A stretch of DNA of 64,000 bases from Tubiluchus corallicola (Eukaryota; Animalia; Priapulida), in NCBI GenBank assembly GCA_030141605.1, contig JAQGDQ010000186.1:124001-188000 (forward strand), read 5' to 3'. Below the pieces are notes generated by a model that was given only the letters and a program-made list of their open reading frames with translations, was not told the DNA's origin and searched no databases. Position 1 is the first letter of the stretch, and each line of letters starts with the position of its first letter. Made by a program: the position numbers and the translations under genes. Positions 57,801 through 64,000 of the stretch are shown piece by piece.

Positions 57801-60800
57801 ATAATTTATGGATGTGAGTCATATCAACATTGTTGTGCTGAGCATGTTTTTGTGCATCCATACCTGGGAAATATCCATTTTCTATTCATTGCTATTGTGT
57901 CTTGTATTATGCCGGTTTTTTCTGTTTCAGACTGAAATTCGAGAGATGCAAGAACGACTTCAAGTTGAGAAAGACGCTTGGGAAGAAAATCACAAGAAAA
58001 AGCAAGAAATTTGGCTGTCCACTAAAGAGCGAGAATTACGTGAACAACTACGAGCTGAAAGAGATAAGTCTATAGAAACAGTGATTGAAAGACTTGAACG
58101 GGACAGCGCAACAAACCGTGAAGAATGTGAACAAGCTGCTGAGAATCGAATTAAGTAATAAAGTTACATTAGCATTTTCTGTTATAATACTAGTATTCTT
58201 GATATTTTTGTAGTGCAAACTTAGTTCCATTTCGGTTATCATCTTTCCTTTCTAAAATGGAATACGGTGCAGACTATGATGCATTTTGCCCAGAGGTGTC
58301 ACAATTAGTTTTTTCTTTGTAATCCAAGAGAATACTGCATATCACAAATATGTATAAAAAACGAAAGAAAATCACAAGAAAACAAAAAACAAAACAACAT
58401 AAATGGCAAGAGGGAAGTGGCTGTATACCCCGGGGGATGGATGTCCATAAGTGCAGCTGCTCATCAACATCCAGGAGTTCAGAACCAAACGGCGACCATT
58501 CTCTACCTAAAACAGTGGTTCCTAAAACCGATGTCCATATTCCATTGTCAGTCCAATGTAAATAAGAAATCTATGAAATGCCAATCTCAAACTTAATTAA
58601 GGTGACCTCTGCATTATCGAAAACTAGCTAAATTTTAATAATAGATTATTTTGATTGCAATCATTTTTTATAAGATATTTTAGTTAGTTATATTATCTTT
58701 ATCACCTGCTAACCTATAGGCCTAAGTAGGTAAGGTATTATGCTCTGCAACATCAGCCTTTCTAGAGCAGGTGCTAACATTTCTGATTAGCTTAAACCCA
58801 AAGAAAGGAGATATTGCTTGAAGGGAATGTGTAAAAGGCCGCTTGCCACACACTAAATATGAAATATTCCTCATTTGATGAGAACTCCTTACATTAATAT
58901 TTAAGTGTTTTTATAGGCTTTATAGTGATTTCTCTTTTTTGACAATAGATGGCACCACATTATGTCTAGTATGCTCCAGTGTCACCATCCACTACAGTTA
59001 TAAGTATCCTGTGTTTTTTTATAAATAATTGCTGTTTTTGAAATTTTTTAGGCCCTAACAGAAAGCAGAAATACCTTTGCATAATATGAGTAATATTTTT
59101 GTGCTTACCCTTGTGTAATTTTGGAACCTCCAATTTCATTTGAAGTTTTCATCTAAAGGCAATATTTTGTGTTGCATATTTAGACGAATAAGAGTGAAAT
59201 ATGAGGCAGAATTAAAAGAAGTTGAGGCAAATGAAAGAGACACAGCTGAAAAGTATGCTCAAATGAAGGTATCAAATTAAATTTGCTAATGTTTTACGTT
59301 TCTCTAAGCATTGTTTTTAATGAGATGTAAATGCTGTTCTTTTCTCTTTTGTACCAAATGGAAGGTGTTGGTGCAAAGAGTATTCATTCAGTTTTCATCT
59401 AAACATTTTGCATTACGACAATGACAGCATCAAGCCAGTGGAATCCACACATTCTCTTTATGTAGATGAGGTTACCAATTACTGTTGAACTTTAGTACAT
59501 ATGGCATGGCATTAATTTGTATTATGGTCTGGTGGGATTCGGGTGTGAATATGTTTATAGTATTGCTGCTGGGGAGCATACTACTAAGCTAAGCACCTCT
59601 TGGCTATTGCTTTTTTATGATTTACAGATTTATAAATGAAAGAATATGAAAGAATGAATTCAACTGTCAGCTGAATAAAGGCTGTAGAGGTCAAAGGTCA
59701 TTTGAAGGTCAGAGTGATGAAAAGCCACTACTCAGACTATATAATACTAATGGCTATTTTTGGTATCATAGCATAATTGCCAGCATATATTACAAGCAAA
59801 ATGAACTATAATTTTAATACAATTCACTATTACCAGTATCTTTACCATAAAATCAGTTGTCGTGTATTAATTATGCTTGATTGCTGTCCTGCCTAGAACT
59901 TGTATGCAGTATGCCAGTAGATTACCTAGAATGGTCAAAGATGAGGTGATGTAAGTAAAATTACTCTTGTGGTTTTAAATACGTTTGGACATTCTAACTG
60001 TTAACACTATCTATGTTTGATCGTTTTGTAGGGACGACTAATGGATGTAGAGGGAGACAATGCTCGTCTAATGGCACAGCTGAATCAAAAAGAAAAAGAC
60101 ATTGAAGAGATGCAGAAGGTCAGAAGTAATTCTACAAAATCAAAAGACTTATTGTGTTTAATTTTCATTCTTGTACACTCTGTTTAAAAAATCATTCCAT
60201 ATGTGTTTGTTATTCATAGCATTTCGTTTTTAAACTGCAGCTGCTGTCCTTCCATGAGTCTATATGTTTACATATATAGTAGAAACAAGTGTGAAGTAAT
60301 TTAGGGCACCATTTATGTTAACAGTTGCACTAATTAAAATACAATAGTGAGTATATTTGCACCTAGAATTAGTAGGATATCATAAAATTCTCCTCCAGTA
60401 ATTATCTGAAAACTAGGCAAAGATATATCAACCAAGAGGAATAAAATGGTAGAAACCTTTATTTTTTTTGTAAATAGGATGTAAAACATTTGGTACTGTC
60501 ATTAATAACTGTGCATAAAATCATATTGGTAACAAGGCATTAGAACTTCTTACTTCTAACTCAAGCTTAAATAGTTTTATATTGAAGTGTTATTATTAAG
60601 GCTATTTTTGTTGTAGGTCCTATCTCAGTTAACTAGTGAAAGAGATCATGTGCGCGATGTTTTACGACAAGAATTTGCTGACCGCATTGTTTCTACAGAA
60701 GAAGAAAATAAGCATTTAAAAAACAATGTGGTAGAGCTTAACGCTGCTCACAAGTGTGAACTGGAGAGGGTTCGCTTAGATGCACGTAAGCTCGTGTTAG

Positions 60801-61587
60801 CAAAAGAAGCAGAAATGGATGAATTACATAAACGGTAAACACTTGGTATTTTTCTAATATTTTGTTCTATGTTTGGAAGACTAATTTTTTAGATTTTATT
60901 ATTCTTTGTAAATAGTGTTACGTAAATGGGATTTGGATTAACAGTTTAACAAACCATCCATTCTAAGGGATATTCTCGAATATTGTATACTTAATGATGT
61001 ATATTTCTTTTTTATTTGCATTCATTACACTGTAAGCCAGAATCCAGCACCCTGTAGGTCTACTTAGTGTCAATGGTTATGACTTGTCAGAACCTGATTT
61101 GTTATCAAGGCTCCTGTAAGATGAGGCATTAAGTGAGCAGAATTGTATTAGCCATGTTAGGATGTGAATACATCCTCTTACACACAGACAGAGTGTGACA
61201 AACAAAAATGATATATGGAGTGAGTATTAAGCCTCATAGTCACATGCTCTTTGATTCACCCGTTTAACGTTGGTATAAATTATGGCCCATCGTCTAATCC
61301 CTAGTGTCCTCGCATCGGATGACTTAAACTTTTATTTTATGAAGAGCCAATGATATTTGTAAAAACTTTCAAACATATTTTCTGTGAATCTTAAAAGTAT
61401 TGTTATGAGATATAATGGTACCATTATCTTTTTTGTTCTGTATTTCAGCATTAAAGTTGCACTTGTAAAGAAGGAAGAGACAATAAGTCAAATTAAGGAA
61501 CAGTACCAAGCAGCAGTAAAACGAGCTGATCATCTTGAGGAACTACTTGACCTGCAACGAAAACAACTTCTGGCAATTCCTAAATGA
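45813..61587 (+). CDS. CEP131: Centrosomal protein 131 kDa (AZI1/dilatory), centriolar-satellite coiled-coil protein
   Basis: Exons: 45813-45980, 46936-47012, 47516-48347, 48609-48667, 49111-49132 (tentative), 49806-49983, 50164-50231, 51386-51533, 51772-51877, 52477-52543, 53276-53413, 54442-54567, 54652-54758, 55422-55518, 56297-56514, 56903-57128, 57931-58154, 59184-59268, 60032-60118, 60617-60834, 61449-61587 (TGA). Motifs recalled from CEP131: IQ-like AASSIQRWYRR, KLNSIMSFLDEVE, IKRHLTFIDQLIDDKKSLTEKCE, AEKLRREKWIEEKTRRIKEMTVKGLEPEIQRLIAKHK, VLRQEFADR, AAVKRADHLEELLDLQRK. N-terminal exon boundaries are less certain. Confidence 0.92.
57541..57690. repeat. 51-bp minisatellite, about 2.9 copies
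   Basis: Unit ccagttcaaagactaataaaaaatagaaattttgaatacaaaatattaagt starts at 57541, 57592 and 57643. It explains the repetitive ORF 57415-57804. Confidence 0.95.
58405..58570 (-). mobile_element. Possible Penelope-like GIY-YIG endonuclease remnant
   Basis: The minus strand gives LIYIGLTMEYGHRF*E(H), resembling YIGxT...RFxEH, followed by LWTSIPRGI, resembling LxTxxPxGLN. Short and decayed. Confidence 0.4.
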
Positions 61588-63407
61588 CATGTTTTGAATA
61601 TTACATCGCAGGTTTGCATTCAGACATAAGATACTAATGAATATAGCTCCAACTGTTCACGAACATAAAAAAATTGCCTGTTATTTTGTTTTATTTTTGA
61701 AAACCAGTACTGGAAGACTGGGGTTTCTTACTGCACGTTCTTTAGTTTAGGTTCCTTACTGTCTATTAGAAAACACTGTTTTTTTAGCATATTGTTGTTG
61801 CTATACTTAGCTGACAATAATATTATGCTCGCAGTTCTATTTCTAGTCGACTTTTTTGAAATATTACATACTCAACACAAGTGCTCGCTTTGAGCAATGT
61901 AAATTTAGATTTTAATTAAAGTAATACATGTTAAAATTGACATCATTGGTTAATTATTTATTTTGTGGGTTAATTTTAGTGACAGTATTACTACTGCCCA
62001 ACAGTAGGTCTTTAAGTGACTGTTTTTTTTTCGTTGTTTTTGGGCACTTATTCTTTAGGCAAATTTATGTTTCAATTTAATTTTTTTTAATGTAGTTATC
62101 CATCGAGTCTCTGTGATAGCGAGTGCTTTTAATTATTCATTTTTGTTTGACACGGTGGTGTATAACAACGTAAGTCATCTTATGTAATGCACAATCTGTT
62201 TTTGCAATGCCTATAATAGGTTAATTCTTCCTGTGAGGATTATTAAGGTGCAGAACAGTGGCTGTGTCATCAAAGCAATGTAGCAGACAGTGTGTTAAAA
62301 CTGAATTGTTAAAGCTGGCTTGATTCTGTGCATGTAGAGAGCATCACTAACATCCTTAATTTGCTTGTGGTAACAAACAGGTAACTTCAACTGTGTTATT
62401 TTACTTTGAAAAATGGGAACAGCACCCGATATAGCAGCATTTTCTTAACCATAAATTAATAATATTAGGTACATGTTCTAATAATTGTATGAATTACTAG
62501 TCAAAATAAAATTTTGCATTAATCAGTCAGAATTCTGTGTACTAGGGTTTCAGTACATCACAGTCTTGGTTTGATTTTTATCCGGTTTGATCCGGTTTGC
62601 TAAGAAAACGTGATGTTACATATTGTCAACTGGCTTGTCAAGGACAAATATAAGTGAATTGAGGCAAAAAAAATCAGCTCTTTACTCTTGCATTTTTGGT
62701 TTGAAATTTGCATTTTGTCATTTGATTTGTGCAAAAAAGGTGACATATCTATGTAATACATTAAATTTTTATTACATTACAGCTTGTGCTTATTTCATTC
62801 ACTTAGAGCATTTTATTTATAATATTAGACATGTCTTTGTAAAGAACATCTATTTTTCCATTTATGGGAAACAATCTTTTACATAACCTTCATTTCATGG
62901 ACAATTTTGTCTAAACATGTGGTAAATCAGTGGCACAATGAAATACATTGTGCAGTGTACATGAGAGTAGCATTTGTAAGCAGAATATACCAATTGTAGT
63001 CAGTCTTGCACACTATGAGGGTATACAGTACATCGTTTAATTACTGTAATTTACTAAAATTGGTAATAGTATGATACATAGTATTGAGAAATATATATTA
63101 CTCTTGTTAGCAAATACATGAATAAAATATTGTATGAATAAACTATTTGCATAATCTAGTTTTCACAAAAACAAAACATAGCTTGAGCTAAACAATACTA
63201 TACACTGTACATCTGCATTGTAACAACTATTACTAAATAATTGGCATCCACTACTTAAAACACTGTGATCATACTTTTGCAGTAATGTGGAGCATTGTAA
63301 AAACAGTTAATCTAGAAAATTTTATAGAGTTGCAAGTGTGTAAAGATTTTAAAACTATCACTGAAAAAACACTTTTTGATAAATAATTTTTACATGATTA
63401 ATTAATG

Positions 63408-63995
63408 TTAAAAGAATGCTAGGTTTCTGTTTTCAATGCCTTCGAATGCATTTTCTATCACCCTTATTTCATCTTCCACAAGTGTTTTTTGGTAATCTGG
63501 AGCCGGTATAAATGTCGGTGGCTCGTCATGTATAGGAATATAAGGGCCAGCATCGTGCTCGTATCTGTTGCTAGGTCTCCTTGTATCTACGAGTTTCTGG
63601 TAGCCATTTTTATTGCCAAAAAAACCGTTGCTTCCTTTTTGACTTGGTACATGGGGTGCATAAGGATCGTTGTCATGGTATGATGGCAAATAGGAACCAA
63701 AACTTTCCTTATTGATCACAAGTTTCAGAGGACGATTATCTGTTGAGTTAACTTGTCTGTCTGATATTTGCGATGTGTTCATTTGGTTGAACTTTTGTCC
63801 ATTGACAGAAACAGCCATCTGAGGAGAACTTCTTATTGATGATTGTTGTGGGGAGGACGGATGTGAGGAAGCAGGAGAGAAAGTTCCTGACCTTGGCACA
63901 GTACCAGGTGAGTAAGAAGGGCTGCTCATTTGGTGCGTGGAAGCTGTTGAGCCAGATGATAAACTTTGGCTGTTTGGACTTCTCCGATTTGAAAT
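63408..63995 (-). CDS. Terminal coding exon of an unidentified gene (Ser/Pro-rich, disordered; ends ...IPAPDY...GIENRNLAFF*)
   Basis: The 173-aa ORF (63929-63408) extends upstream in frame to a TCTAG at 64000-63996 that fits a splice acceptor, giving about 195 codons starting ISNRRSPNSQ. GC is higher than in the flanks, and AT-rich UTR-like sequence follows. No domain recognised. Confidence 0.75.
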   Translation of the reverse strand: MSNRRSPNSQSLSSGSTASTHQMSSPSYSPGTVPRSGTFSPASSHPSSPQQSSIRSSPQMAVSVNGQKFNQMNTSQISDRQVNSTDNRPLKLVINKESFGSYLPSYHDNDPYAPHVPSQKGSNGFFGNKNGYQKLVDTRRPSNRYEHDAGPYIPIHDEPPTFIPAPDYQKTLVEDEIRVIENAFEGIENRNLAFF

Positions 63996-64000
63996 CTAGA

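Noticed and set aside
57415-57804. 129-aa repetitive ORF
   Set aside because: It is an artefact of the intronic 51-bp minisatellite.
59685-59715. gaggtcaaaggtca DR1-like nuclear-receptor element
   Set aside because: The motif is short, intronic and common in interspersed repeats; there is no supporting evidence.

Overview
AT-rich, intron-rich genomic DNA from a metazoan, probably an invertebrate; the species cannot be identified from the window. The ORF track is mostly noise because the genes are split into short exons. I assembled five genes by hand from splice signals, reading phase and recalled protein motifs: YARS2 (mitochondrial Tyr-tRNA synthetase, minus strand, first 6 coding exons, runs off the left edge); MEIOB (plus, 14 coding exons, 10431-22373); CNOT3 (minus, about 17 coding exons, 42435-23306); CEP131/AZI1 (plus, about 21 coding exons, 45813-61587); and the terminal exon of an unidentified minus-strand gene (63408-63995). 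YARS2/MEIOB and CNOT3/CEP131 are head-to-head pairs; MEIOB/CNOT3 and CEP131/unknown are tail-to-tail. Introns and spacers hold many non-autonomous DNA transposons: TA-flanked pogo/Tigger-like MITEs, hAT-like MITEs with 8-bp target-site duplications (TSDs), two nested stacks, and a 140-bp inverted-repeat element with a TTAGGG core. There is also a decayed BED-finger hAT transposase and fragments resembling CR1, RTE and Penelope elements. I found no convincing new multi-gene system. The best leads are two candidate GC-AG introns, three candidate microexons, the telomere-repeat MITE, a MITE with an atypical TSD, and transposon-borne CTCF-like and X-box motifs. All homology calls come from recalled motifs, not database searches.
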